DNA of 49,522 nt, the filler included, from Sphacelaria rigidula (taxonomy: Eukaryota), in assembly GCA_964200075.2 (NCBI GenBank). It is 3 parts of 3 records of this genome, joined end to end, with 100 filler letters (N's around TTAATTAATTAA, not from the genome) between each part and the next. Parts side by side here need not be neighbours in the genome. Positions count along the whole stretch, not along the records: positions 33,084 to 49,522 come from CAXNAA020001359.1; 2 more parts are not named here. The stretch is one strand, 5' to 3'. Below, piece after piece: positions 34,745 through 47,834 of this stretch. A program made the position numbers and the translations under genes. Below the pieces are notes generated by a model. It saw only the letters and a list, made by a program, of their open reading frames with translations, did no database searches and was not told the origin of the DNA. The number at the start of each line of letters is the position of its first letter. Position 1 is the stretch's first letter.

Positions 34745-37700
34745 TCTGGGCTTTACGAATGGCTCCGTATGCCACAAGGTGCCGCCACTGCATCAGGTTG
34801 TTTCCAACGCTTAATGCAGCGCGTTACAGAGAATCTCGAACACGTCATCATGTACTTGGACGACGCTACCGCATTCGATGCCTCCCCTTTTGCGCATGTG
34901 CGCCCCTTACACGAGTTTCATCCTCGACTGCGGGTGCACGAGTTGAAACTGTCTCCATCCAAAGCTCGCCTTGACGCGACTGAACTGAATTTCCTGGGAC
35001 ACTCAATTTCACCGGCGAGTCTACACCCGGAAACCAACAAAGTCAGGGAAATGACTGAATTGCCGATGCTCACAAACATTACTCAGCTCCACTTATTATT
35101 GGGTGGACTGTCCTACTATCGCAAATTTTTGTCTATCCTGTCCAAACGGCTTCGCCCCATTACGGACTTGCTTTAAAAAGGCGCCGCGTTTGTCTTCACC
35201 AAAGACATAGAAGCTATCGTTCGTGACTTGCTGAAAACGCTCACCGAAAAACCGGTCCTTTGTTTCCCAGATTGGGAGGCCGTACAAGACGGCTCTCGCC
35301 TCTTTCAATTGAATACAGACGCCAGCACCGACGGGTTCGGCGCGGTCCTGGATCAGCTTCAACTCGGTGGCTCTAGTCGACTCATCCTCTACATCAGTCG
35401 CGCCACCCTGCCAAACAAAGCTAACTGGAGCCCACTGGAGCTGGAAGGCGGAGTCATCACTTGGGCCATAAAGCGTCTTCGACAATATTTGTTCCATGTG
35501 CCTTTCCAAATTTACAGGGACCGCGGAGCACTTGAACAACTCGCCAAAGTTGGCGAACATAATCCGCATGTGCAACGTTGGTTGGAGTTCCTGACAGCTT
35601 ATCAGTATGCTGTCAAACACCGCCCTGGCAAAACCAATGGGAATGCTCATTATCTCTCCCGTCTGATCCTTCCTCCCACGGCTGTAGATTTCAGCGCAGC
35701 TTGCCGACTAACAGAACCCAATGAACCCGGCGTGTACCCTATCCGGCGTTTCTCAACTCTCATCTACGCCCTTGACCTTCATTGCCCAGAGACGGGTATG
35801 CACATGGGCGGCCCTCGCCACCGACCGTGTGATGCAGCCTTGGATGGGCTAAAGCCCACAAATGCCGATTTCGACGATCTCCGCACTATCGGCCCTCGCG
35901 CAAATATTTCGGTTTCCTCACCTCCAGTTGTCCATCTCATTTCCGACAATACGCGCTCTCGGTCTGCCGCCCTTGCTAACCCTCCCCGCGCCCCGCCGCC
36001 ACCGACAACACCTACTGCTCCTGCGAGCAGCGTAGCGCCGGCTCCCCGCAACACCGCACCACGAGCCTTGATAACACCCGCCACGCGCAATTCTCACAAC
36101 AAGCGCCGAGCGCGATCTCCGGCGCTCACTACTGCGACAACACCGCCCGCCGCGGCACCATCAGTGCCCACCCCTTCTGATGCTCCCGATGTACACATCG
36201 ACGTTGGCACCTCCCCCCCGTCGCTTGTTCCACCGCTCCCTGAGCCACCATGTCTGGTCGGTGCTCCGGCGGAAGGCCAACTGCGCGAATTTCTCGCCAG
36301 TTACTCCCATCGTGATTGGGCTCGTGAACAACAAGCAGAACCATCATGCCGCGCAACCATGCGGTACCTCCGTGCTGGCTGCCCTGCCCCTATCCCGGCC
36401 AATGTATTAGCCCCGGTTGGCCCACTGCTACCACCAAACGCCGCTGAGGTGTACAAACTCGCACGTAAACGTACTATCTACACAACTGATGACGGAATCG
36501 AACTACTTGTCCGCCGCCCTACGCCCCAGCGGGGTGTACCTTCACCCGCGCCCACCGGACGTCATGCACACCTACTCGACGATGAACCCGCTCGGATATA
36601 TGTCTCATTTTTTATGCGACCGTGGGTAATGAAAGACTGCCACACTGACCTGTCTTGCCACCTTGGTGTCACGCGCACATTAGCGTTACTTGAACGTTTC
36701 TACTGGTGGATCGGTATGGAAATGTCCACCCGCTTCTGGGTTCGGCGATGCTTCAAGTATCAAGCTCGCAAAACCTCACGGCAGACAATACGTTGGCCCG
36801 TCATTTCGATGGCACTTCCCAACGCTCCTGGTCACCTCGTGTCTTTCGATTATTTCGGTCCGTTACCGCCCACTGACCGTGGCAACACCTACATCTTGCT
36901 CTTTACCGACTGTTTCAGCCGCCATACGTTCATGTACGCAGTCACCGCTGGAGACTTCACAGCGGCAGGCACCGCTAACATCTTAGTTCACGACTATATC
37001 AAGCACTATGGTTGCCCGAAACGGCTTCTCTCCGACATTGATCAGCAACTTTGCTCCGATCTCTCTGATGAACTGTATACGCTCCTGGGCATTCGAAAGA
37101 TAGCCACGAGCGCTTACCACCCCAATGGTAACGGTGGCACTGAAAGAGATAACCACACCATGGCCAAATGCTGTCTATGGTAGTCAACGATCATCAAAAC
37201 GATTGGGATCTTCATATCTCCCATGCCATGCTGTTCTACAACAACTCGGTCAATGCTGCTACCGGCCTCTCTCTGAACGAATTACATCTCGACCGCTACC
37301 CTCGTCTGCCTATCACCGTGTTTGAGTGACACACCTTCGATGGCCACCAAGGCTTGGATCAGGATCAGATACCCTATCATGACCTGGCGCGGGCACGCCA
37401 GCGCAAAGCTTTCACTCTCGTGCGTGAACAACATGCTATCAACGCCTCGTGGCTTGAGAGATCTAACAATGCTCTCTACAATCTGATGCACAAACGACTT
37501 ACTTGGAAGGTTGGCGATTGGGGCTGGGCTTACAACAGTTTGTCGACCATCCGCCAAGGCGCCGACAGAGCCGCCAACGAGGCCGTCTTGAAGACTAAGC
37601 TATCCCTTAACTGGAGAGGACCAATCAAGATTCTGACCGTAGGGCCTTCGCCATCGTCACCTGATGGCAAGCCTGTTGGTGACAAACTTCTTTATCACGA

Positions 37701-38964
37701 TCTCCCTCGCGATCTTCAGGGACATGACGCAAAATCTCGCGCCTCTGTACACCGTTGTAAACCTTGCATCAATCCGCATGACACTAGAGACATGCCCAAA
37801 TATCTGCCTGCCGGCCTTACGCAGTACGTACTTAACGGCTATTCGACCAAGTCACCACCTTATCACGTTACTACCGACGATGTGACGGAACAACCCCTTC
37901 GTCTCGCCGTGTCCCACATTTCTGGCCACCAGATTACTCGCCGTCGAGGCGGTGAGATTGATGTCATGTACAAAACTCACTGGCAAGGTCTTCGGAGAGC
38001 GTCTTGGGAACGCGAATCCGACCTTCAGCTGCACCGCCGAGCTATTCTCCTGTACTGGACACAACCTCAGCAGCAACACCATGCTAACAAGAAATGTCGC
38101 AACATGCGGCGCCGTGCAGCAGCACGTGAACTCCACCGTGACAAATGCTTACGCTTTGTCGCTGATGGATATGTATTAGTAGCCACCAAGAAAATATTCG
38201 CGCGAAACAGAAATTCCTCCCCAAAGGCGCTTACTTTTGGTACAAAGGTAGCGAAAACCTCTGATGGTTGAGCCAGACCCACTCCACAGACCTTACCGCG
38301 CCTGACACATACATCGTGCGCTTCATCGATGACCCCGGACCCGTACAGCACAGACTCCGCCCAGAGCTTTACACCACAAGTCCATCCGCACCGAAAGGAT
38401 CTTGGTGCCTTCAGCGACTCAAGTCCAAAGGCCTCCGCCGCGGAATCCAACATAACATCGATCGCACACATAATGTCAACGCACCGCTTTAAGCTTGCAC
38501 AGACCTCTTGTCTATCCATCCACGACATGTTTCCTCTTCTTTTTTTTCTCATCTTCCCCTGTCGTTTTGTCGCTTAAATATTTTTTCCTTCTCACACCGC
38601 TCAGGACACACCAGTGCCACCCACCAACTCCTTCGACAGCCTGAAACCGGAGCCCCTTCAGAGCGCAACATCGGACCACGAATGGACCTTGCCTGGAGCA
38701 CCTTCATCCTCGGCTACAGGAGCCTTTCGCATTCTCGCTCTTGATTTGTATGACTGGCGCTGGACCCCTTGCAGTCTTTGAGTTGCTGATTCCTCTGCTT
38801 TCCTCAGCCGCCATGCGCTCGCCGCATGTGATTGACCTTTCGGCGGTTGAGTTCGGTATCACCCATGTAGATGCTGTGTCCCTGGCGTGTCTTCACGTTT
38901 GTCTCTTTATTTTGGCTAGCGCGTCGAAGCATTTTTGTGTATTTCCGTTGACGTTCGCTAGCCC

Positions 38965-39257
38965 CACGGGTGGCCACTGGGGTCTGTAACCTGGCCTTTT
39001 TGGGACCTTATCCACCTTTGGCAAGGTCCGCGGGTTGGGTAGACAACTGAAGAGCATTCGCACAGCATGGACAGGATCGAAACAAAACATGTCCCAGTCT
39101 ACAGGCGGGTGACTCCCCTGTAGACTGGGACATGCTTTGTTTCGAACCTGTCCATGCTGTGTAAATGCTCTTCAGTTGTCTACCCAACCTGCAGACCTCG
39201 CCAAAGGTGGATAAGGTCCCAAAATGGCCAGGTTACAGATCCCAGTGGCTACCCGTG
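38965..39257. mobile_element. Fully palindromic MITE, CAC..GTG termini (CACTA/CMC-like)
   Basis: ~140-bp arms CACGGGTGGCCACTGGGGTCTGTAACCTGGCC... / ...GGCCAGGTTACAGATCCCAGTGGCTACCCGTG around a loop of a few nt. Possible 2-bp TSD CC. Confidence 0.85.
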
Positions 39258-41527
39258 CCGCAGCAGCATCGTGCTCCTGCGTCTTCAAGCGCACCTGCGC
39301 TTTTTGGTAGCAGATTCTGCTTCCCCTGTTTGAGGTGTGGTAGGATCGGGCAACGGAGTGGATGTTGCCCTCCTGTTCTGGGGTGTACCTTCTTTTCAGC
39401 TACTACGGCCGAGTGGTTTGATAGTATGAAGTGCACCTTCCTTGTCGCTCATGACTTGACGTGGAGAAAACCTCGATTTTCGTTGCTTTTCGAGATTTCT
39501 CATCGCAACTGTAATAGAGGTTCGTCTGGATGGGCTAGTGTCATGAAGCTAAGAGGCGTTTATGATCAAATCTGGGATTATATAGTTGCGGGTCTGATCG
39601 AGCTTGACTAGATCGGATGTGAGATTGATAAAAGGGAATAGACCGGGGTTTTCCAGTCGCTCGTGAGCCCCCCTGACCCACTTGCGATCGTGGAGCCAAC
39701 TGCTAAGCATTGCTATAGCTGGTGAGCAACGTGACAGAGCATCGAACGGCGCGATAACGAATATGAGTGAACAAGAATCTTTAGTATCAAGTGGATATAG
39801 CTTACTGCGTGAAGCTATTGAGGTGTGAACTATCTTGGACACAACCAAAACCTGAGAGGATTGATCTTGCCAGGATCTGGCCTGACCAGCGTGCACACAA
39901 GGGTGCATGCTTCAAAACACCATAACACGCGCAGACTAACGAGCTAGGCATCGCTCACGTCATTCAGTCTGGTCCGGTCTGGGTTCTCACTACCTGCCTT
40001 GCTCTAAGGGTTTGCATAAGTGTGTGTGGTGAGTACGCGTGTGTGGTATTGAGTCAGAGAGATTTGAGTCTGAGCTGCTGTGTAACTGAGTGAAGTTGAT
40101 GGAGGGAATATGAGTGAACCTGAGTGAGTAAGCAGGGTGTGACGAGATAATAATACAAAATCGCATTATACTAGTGTTACTTGCCTAAACCGGGCTGCTG
40201 ATTACTGTTCACGCACTAGAGTAGTGGACGATTACCCCCGCATAGGAGCGGTTTCTCGACGAGGAGGGTAAATCTTGGGCGAAATGAGGAGCGCACAGCT
40301 GATCAACTGTGTCGTTTCTGGAACAAGTACGTAATGTCTCTATTTGATGTTGTATGACGTGTATATATTAAAGGGTTGGACGATAAGATATATACGACTG
40401 GGAGCTTGAAGGGCTAATGATTTGAGTTATGAGTTTGAGTGAAAACATGTCTTGGGGTCGCATGGCAGGTCTTTCGCACGAGCATCCCCGTCGCACTCTC
40501 GTATCGTCTCTTGTATTTCAGCAGTACAGTAGAGGCTGAAACGACGCATTTGTGAGGTTGGGAAGTTAGTTACCACGCAACCTGTCTTGAGCAGCCAGTG
40601 TGGCAATTTGTTTTTACTTGACACTGGAGTTTCTCGGGGAACGCGTCGCTGAGCCAGGCAAGGGGAGACTCGAATGAAAGCTCCTGGCCGCGTGATGTAT
40701 CTAATGTACATTAGTATTTTGCGTTTGAGCAATAAGGTTAAAACTGGCAAGTATGAGCAACACGCCAAGCCAGCACGGTCGATACTAATCGACAGTGGAT
40801 ATCTCACAGCTGCAGACACCCGGTATATTAATGTCCTCGTCCACGCCGTTCGTGACGCCTTTTCCATCAACAGGATTTCTGTGCTCCCTAATAACTTTGC
40901 GCACTCAATACTCTTTCACTCCCAAGCCATGGACCTGAGAAGGCAACGCAGTGAACGCTATACAACTCCATGACACCTGCTCACCCATACCAGCCTTCAC
41001 TACAGCTTAATTGACCACTCTCAACAAGCAAGGGAACTTTGGATTTGTCTTCAAACCATGAGTCATGAGCGGCTGTAAAGACACACAAACTTGGAGCCTG
41101 AACTTCCCACACCTCAATCGTAGAAGCACAAACAACTTCATGCCATTGGCGTAGTCGATCAGCAGAAATCCAGGAACTCCAGATTTCCAGAAATTATCTA
41201 CCATTACCCGAAATACTTTCACTACCGAAATACCCCTGCAGGCCTTATACATCCAAGGCCTTGTACGCTTCCTGTGGTAGCTTGCCACTTAAGCTTCTGA
41301 TACCTCTGATTCGGATATCGACGTATAGCTGTAAGCACAAGACACGCACAACACGCACACAAAATGAAACGTTGGTCAAGTTGAAACGAATCATAACGCT
41401 CTCAGCCAAGTAAGTGCTAGACATTCGATATGGGGGGGAGGCTGGTAGTACCTGGTGCACACGAGTCCCTCCTCGCTGTTATTTTGGACATTCCAATTTG
41501 AGGCATCAACGTATTCCCCTAACTGAC

Positions 41528-41779
41528 GACTAATGCCGAAATAGCCCCCCCACAAAAAGTGCACCGGAGACCGTCTGGCAAATCGGCTGCGATTCCACTT
41601 TTTGGCTCGTTTGCAGCAATTTCGCCCACATGGGAGGCGTGTAGCAGTCCGGAATCAGCTATAACGCCCAAATGAGTCGCGTCGTGCAGCACGAAACCAG
41701 CTCCGACGGCATTTATTATCATCGCCTCTGTGCACTTCTTTTTTAGCCGGTTCGGGGGGGGGCTATCTCGTAGGCAGTC
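41528..41779. mobile_element. MITE, GAC..GTC termini, 4-bp TSD (copy 2)
   Basis: TSD TGAC at 41524-41527 and 41780-41783. Shares the TIR and TCGCGTCGTGCAGCACGAAACCAGCT with 6030-6216. Confidence 0.85.
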
Positions 41780-43184
41780 TGACATTCGTGCTCACAACTT
41801 GAGACACACACATCGGCGCAAACACACATCCATGACACATAACAGCACACTTTGCATACCCAACATGAAAAATGGCACACTTTTGAAACCCAAAACAATC
41901 ATGACAACGGCATACTTTCGCAAATGAAGAATAAGACACTCTTCGAGAACACAAAACGATAAAAACAACGGCAACCGGCTACCCTGCAAAGCGGGAACGA
42001 GGTTTTTCTACGAGAACGAAGTCGAAATTGTAGATGCTGTGCCTACTACCCGCCAAAGGTCGGCGCCTTCAAGGCACGCTTTACGGGTACTAGGTTCAAT
42101 ATCATGTACAATTTTGACCTCAGTTCGTTTTCATGAAAAAGCTCGTCCCGTTCTCAAGATTTCGTGTTCCTCGCGATTCAAAACAACAGAAAAGAGGGAC
42201 ACATGTACATATCCATTGAAACGACACACTTCTCAACCCAAAACGATAAATGGCAATCTTTGTAATCCAGAAGAATAAAATGACGGCAGACTCTGCTACT
42301 TCAAAACGATGAAACAACGGCTCACACCAAACACGCACGTGGCGTCAACAGCTATCATGCGATCGACATATCACCTCATACATATCCCACACATAACCGT
42401 ACCTCATGGGCACAGGGAAGTTAGCACAACGATCCACACGGCACATCACATCTGCTACCGTGAACAGTTCCATAGTCTCCCACAACCAAGCAGAAGAAGT
42501 TACTCCCATTCTCATGCTCCCAAGCACGTATACTCGCCACACGCTACGTTCGAACCACCGAGAAAATCATTACACATCTCACAAATTTTACTTTCACGGG
42601 CACAGGGAGGGCAGCAAAACAATCCACACTCACAACATTTACCGCGCAAAACTGCAGAGATAGCCTCCACAAGCAAGTACAACAACTCAATTCCATCCCA
42701 CTACCCTTGAGCACTCGGCAGAATATACGAAGTGCAACCCATCGAGATTATCACCACCATCGCAACACACAAAACCGTACTTCCACGGGCACAGAGAAAG
42801 CATCAGAACGATCTACATCACGAACATCTACACCCCAGAGTATTAACACAACGTTCACATACAACAAGAACGACAACTCACTACTCTCATTCCACAACAC
42901 TCAAGCACTTGTCTCTGCCATACGGTGTTCAAATCGAGCCGTACTTGACGCCACACACACTTCCACTAGTTTGCTGCAACACGACACTTGTATTCCTTTT
43001 CGAGGGCTAACTTTTCTGATATTTTTTAGGGTTTTTCTTGACACTGCACTAAACCTACACCATTCATGACATCATAACACGTGGTTGAAGGATTAGGCGT
43101 GTAAGGTTATGCGCACACGGGTTGCGCCTAACGTTCAGGAGAACCTACGATAAAAATTATTTTCACCTCCTCACGCTTAAAATA

Positions 43185-43235
43185 TTCCCGTAAATGAAAC
43201 CTTCCCGTAAATGAAACCTTCCCATAAATGAACCC
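43185..43235. repeat. 17-bp minisatellite TTCCCGTAAATGAAACC x3
   Basis: Direct reading of tandem units. Confidence 0.8.
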
Positions 43236-44026
43236 TGTAAATAAACCATTCTCTTGAATATACCCTTCACATATATTAACTCATCCACAAATTCCCCCTC
43301 CCAAAACACATCACATTGAGACCACTAGAAGCACTGTGCGGCTTACGTCACTCGACTGAACCACTCACAGTTGCTATATATCCAACACCCGATTTGCACC
43401 CACACTTCCCACAGCATCCCTTGCCTCGTTGCATCTGCACCTTGCAGCTCAGCATCCACTCACTAGAAGACAACAGCGATTCTCTCCAAGCAGCGGACAC
43501 TCAGGTACCATCCTCCACATCCGTGGACAAGTATTATCTATGGAATTCTATCGTGCTGTGCGTAAAACAACTATTCCACCGCACAGAACCGAACACGTGC
43601 AATCATGAGGCCTACGAGCTATGCCCCACCGCCGAAAATTCGACCCGTAGCGACGCTCATGGAAGATGCGGAACATACCCTTCGCATGCCAGCACCAGGC
43701 TGGTTTTCCTCTGCTTGTTGGTCTAGAGTAAACGAATAGTCACTACTGGCATCATCGCCCGCTCGCCCGCTCACTTTCAACCACGTATACAAGGCTGAAA
43801 AAACACTTGTGGAGCATACTGGAGGCAGGATGTTGATATATTTACACTCCTGCGACACAATAACACGAGAGGTGGACACATCTCCAGACACGTACATAGC
43901 TCGAGGCTTTCTGGCGCGCAACCTATCTCACTGGTTCCTTCGTGGCACGCATGACCGCACCAAATACCCCCCTTGACCAGAATCCGCCCAATCCGTCACG
44001 GTACGGAGTGAAGACGTTCCCAGAAC

Positions 44027-45110
44027 TTAGTTTCCACGACCCGCCTCGCTCGCACCACCGCCCCCCCTTCGACCGCTGTCATTCTCGGACTCGTCATTAC
44101 TGTCGTCATCCTCATCTGGTTCACGTGGAATAGGATCTGTGGTGAACGACGAGATACCATCGTCTCCATCTTCTTCCGAGTCTTGCGGAGATGGCGTGGT
44201 AAATACATCACCGCTGTCATCACTGCCATCATCTTCCTCTTCTGGTGATGTGGACTCCTCCTCTTCCGCCGCTGTGCTTGAGCGTTGCGGAGAAGGTGCG
44301 CTCCAAGCGTCACCACTATCATCACTGTCATCATCCACCTCTTGCTGCGGAGATGGTGTGGTAAATACATCGTCGCTGTCATCATCTTCCTCTTGTGATG
44401 GCGTGGACCCCTCCTCTTCCGCCGCTGTGCTTGAGCCTTGCGGAGATGGTGGAGTAAATACATCACCGCTGTCATCACTGTCATCATCTTCCTCTTCTGG
44501 TGATGTGGACTCCTCCTCTTCCGCCGCTGTGCTTGAGCGTTGCGGAGAAGGTGCGCTCCAAGCGTCATCACTGTCATCGCTGTCTTCATTCACCTCTTGC
44601 TGCGGAGATGGTGTGGTAAATACATCGTCGCTGTCATCATCTTCCTCTTGTGATGGTCTGGACCCCTCCTCTTCCGCCGCTGTGCTTGAGCCTTGCGGAG
44701 ATGGTGGAGTAAAAGTATCACCGCTGTCATCACTGTCATCATCCACCTCTCTCGACGAAAATTCTTCTTGCGCAGATGATCTTGTGTCATCATCGTCATC
44801 ACCTTCGCCTTGATCATCGGCATCTTCATCAGCGTCATCAGTGACACCACCGTTTTCTTCCCCCATTGTTGACGCAGGCTCATCTGGTGAGAACGAAGTT
44901 GTAGCGTCATCGTCATCGGATTCTTCGCTTGTCGATGTGGACTCTTGTGGTGAAGGCGACGTGGAATCATTGTCTCCTTCAGACGGTGTGGAAACTGTGG
45001 GCTCTTGTTGAGTAGATGAGGTGACACTGTCGTCGCTAGCAACAGGGGTCTCGGGAACGGACCCGCATGATTTGTCCCACGTTTCGACAATGGTTTCGAC
45101 GCCCTCCTCC
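44027..45110 (-). CDS. Probable last exon of the beta-helix protein: acidic S/T/D/E-rich repeat tail
   Basis: Acceptor cttacAG|G GAG GAG GGC; phase 2 matches the preceding exon. Open to the stop at 44027. Confidence 0.8.
44175..44745 (-). repeat. Coding tandem repeat, 255-bp (85-aa) period built from three PSPQ-containing subunits
   Basis: CGGAGATGGTGGAGTAAA at 44441 and 44696; ~2.2 near-identical copies. Confidence 0.9.
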
Positions 45111-45499
45111 CTGTAAGACCACAGCATTGGCAGGGCATGCGGGGCGGGGTGGGGCAGCGGAGGGGAGATGATGACTTCAACGAGTGAGACGAAAACGATG
45201 TTCAGGTAACACGGTCCAATGCCAATTGAAATTCGTGCATTGAAAGGAGACGAGTATTATTGTAAGATCAAAATACTAGATTTGGTGGGAAATGCTGTGA
45301 GGCTGCCTCGGTTTCCCTACACGTCATCTTGTACATAAGGACCTATCATCGGATCGGCAGCTTGTCAAACATCTTGAGCAGCAGGGATAATGACCGATCT
45401 TGAGGTGTGACTTTATTGACAAAAGTATCATTAGTATCACCCGGGGGGGAGCATCAGTCAATTCTTTCATGTTCGAGACACTATTGCCACCGTGCTTAC

Positions 45500-45612
45500 C
45501 CGACGATCTCACAGCTACTGCCGTCGCAATCATTCCCGCAGATTAGTCCCTGAGGAGCAACGCGGGCAGCGATCGCGCCGTTGCCTGTCGTCTTGAAGGC
45601 ATTGCCATATAC
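45500..45612 (-). CDS. Beta-helix protein exon (VYGNAFKTTGNGAI...QGLICGNDCDGSSCEIV)
   Basis: aatcAG|GTATAT and GTCGG|GTAAGC; 113 nt, phase 0-2. Confidence 0.85.
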
Positions 45613-46329
45613 CTGATTGAGAAGCGAACGACAAACAACGTGCGCATTGTTGGAAAGAAATTTATTTCGTAGATACATACAACTTAAGCGGGAGATTAAG
45701 TTCCGGTTCAGCAGGAACAGCAACATGCGTAGAACGTCGAACATACAGTACGAACGGGTTTTGATCGTAGGGTTACGTAGGATTGATGAATGGATAGGTC
45801 GAACTGTTATGTCAGAATAGTGAAGAGCTTGAGTCGAGGAGTCTATACGAGTACCAAGCGTTTATGGATGTAGAGTGCATGGTCATAGAGTTCAGGTCGT
45901 ACAGTTTTTAGTACGGAAGGTTTTGTTGGGATAGCACAGTTTTCTGAGATGCCACATCGTGATCACTCTCCATTTTTCTCCGCTCAATCAAGCCTATAAG
46001 CTTGTTTTTGGTTTCTGCGTTAGTAAGGAACAAAGTATTTTATTGTGTTTGTTCGGCCGGATGAAGCGTCAACCTTGAAACATCTTCAATTGCACAAGCA
46101 AGTGTTCAACAACACTGTGCGGCCTCTGCAAGCTCTCTTATCAGAGCTGGGTTCACGTGGTGAACCGTGTTCCCCGAATTGACAGTCGAACGTTGTGTGT
46201 TATACACAAGCGACAGCCATGCTTTCAACACGCATCCGGCATGCAGAACCACCAACAGTTAAAATCTTGCTCATGGGTGCTGTTAAATTCCTGAGATCAA
46301 GACGAAGTGAGCACAAGCTCTCGTCTTAC

Positions 46330-46417
46330 CTCGTTGTCTTGTCCGTAGGCCACTCCGTCGACTTCCCAGCCCCCCAAGCGAATTCCCGCACCGACACAAT
46401 CGGCACCGAGGTTATTC
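46330..46417 (-). CDS. Beta-helix protein exon (NNLGADCVGAGIRLGGWEVDGVAYGQDNE)
   Basis: Pyrimidine tract plus cccAG, and GAG|GTAAGA; 88 nt, phase 2-0. Confidence 0.88.
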
Positions 46418-46841
46418 CTGGGCGGGAGAGGGGGACCAACGACGACAGAAAGAAATGTTACAACATGCTCTCCCGTCAAAACACACGAAAAGCGAGGGTT
46501 TCGGTGTGCTCTTGTGTGTAGAAGCAGCCCTCGTGTCCAAAATTTCGTGACTGGCTACTTCATGCGGCACACGATCACCATTTTCATTTCAAGACGGAAA
46601 AATTCCCGACAAAGTCGCTAAAACTGAAGAGAACGTCCGGTTAATCCTTGGGCCGCAATGCGGGTAGTCCATCGCATACTTATTTTATATCATGTTGTTG
46701 TCGATTCAGCAGATGACCTACCCTCGTGGTCCAAGGGTCAACAACGAACCTGATTTTACATGATCAGTCAGAGGGCAGAATAAAAAACAATGCTGGACAT
46801 GAAGGCCCCAAGATCGAAAATCCGAGTTTGTGAGGAGGGGG

Positions 46842-47465
46842 GGACACCCAGCCGCCGGTCCCCTGGTTTATTGCTGAAGCGTTGGCGGTCGATAAAATGA
46901 CCGCCCTCCGGCATCTGAGGCCATCGGGACAGAGCGGGCAAGGAGCTGGAATAAATATACGTAACTCCGCTTAGCCCGCCAGACTTTTCGGTTTTTGTCA
47001 GTGTCTTTATTGATCACTTTCTTACAAAAAAAATCACTGAAAAAAAATCTAGACAATTTCCGAAAAAATGTTCTCGGGCATCTGAGGTCATCGGGATTGA
47101 GCGGGGAAGGAGTAGAAGCAGATGTGCGAACCCCGCGAAGCCCACCAGACTTTTCGGTTTTCGTCAGTGTTTATTGATCAATTTATTGAAACAAAATTAA
47201 CAGAAAATAATTGAAACAGTCTTTATTGACCAATTTTTTGCGACAAAGTTGACAACGAAAAAACACTAAAAAAACATGACAAGTTCCGAAAAAATGCCCT
47301 CCGGAGGAGCGGGAGTGTACTCATAATTATGCTTGCCATGGGCATCAGACCATTGACCTCGCATCCATACCATCCATACAAAGCCGGGACGGAGCACGCC
47401 GGGTTTTCGCCGGACCAGGCTCGCACGTAACCACCAGGAAGGGCGGGGGGGGGGGCTGCATGTCC
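46842..47465 (-). mobile_element. Intronic non-autonomous element with a ~167-bp internal tandem duplication; related to 7365-7890
   Basis: Weak GGACA..TGTCC ends. GGCATCTGAGG(C/T)CATCGGGA at 46910 and 47077. 47/48-nt match to 7365-7412. No TSD seen. Confidence 0.55.
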
Positions 47466-47646
47466 AAAACGTTTCTCCGCGCTGCCCCCTGCTTCAGTCG
47501 AGGTTGACTCTACTCTCGGTCGTTTTGCACCTAGGTTCGTTGAATATCTCCATGTTGATACTGGCATTCTCTTTACTAGGGGCTACTGTAGTGACTTGTT
47601 CTTCGACTCAGAGCAGGACACTTTGCGAACCTGAAACAATGTTCAC

Positions 47647-47834
47647 CTGAAGACGTTTCCACTGCCCCTGGCGCCGAAGCAACCGGACTTGGGATCCAGC
47701 TGCTCCGAACAGTCGTTGTCTTCAATTATGTTACCCGTGGCGCCTTCTTTAACGTCCACACACTCGTTGCCATAGGGCCGGATGGTGTTGCCGCTAATTA
47801 TGTTGTAGTTGGTGCCGTCCGGGCCGCCAGTCCA
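47647..47834 (-). CDS. Beta-helix protein exon (WTGGPDGTNYNIISGNTIRPYGNECVDVKEGATGNIIEDN...GSGNVF)
   Basis: ctgacAG and TCAG|GTGAAC; 188 nt, phase 0-2. N-x-I-x-x-N parallel beta-helix repeats. Confidence 0.9.

Larger units (their letters stand above)
33120..38492 (+). mobile_element. Ty3/Gypsy LTR retrotransposon pol (RT, RNase H, integrase, chromodomain), decayed; LTRs not identified
   Basis: PIPRIDEVFD, FSTFDL..GFFQ, MPQG, YLDD (34853-34864), FLGH. RNase H: TDASTDGFGAVL, WSPLELE. Integrase: H..HLG, DYFGP, AYHPNGNG.TER. RT-RH-IN order is Gypsy. Confidence 0.95.

Noticed and set aside
39260-41500. Gypsy 3' LTR or extra antisense ORF
   Set aside because: No second LTR copy to compare (the 5' part falls in a gap), no clear PPT/TG..CA boundary and no recognisable protein motifs.
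44139-45180. Ser-rich + strand ORF and Lys/Arg/Met-rich alternative minus frames
   Set aside because: Alternative frames of the acidic repeat exon; only the D/E frame fits the splice phase.
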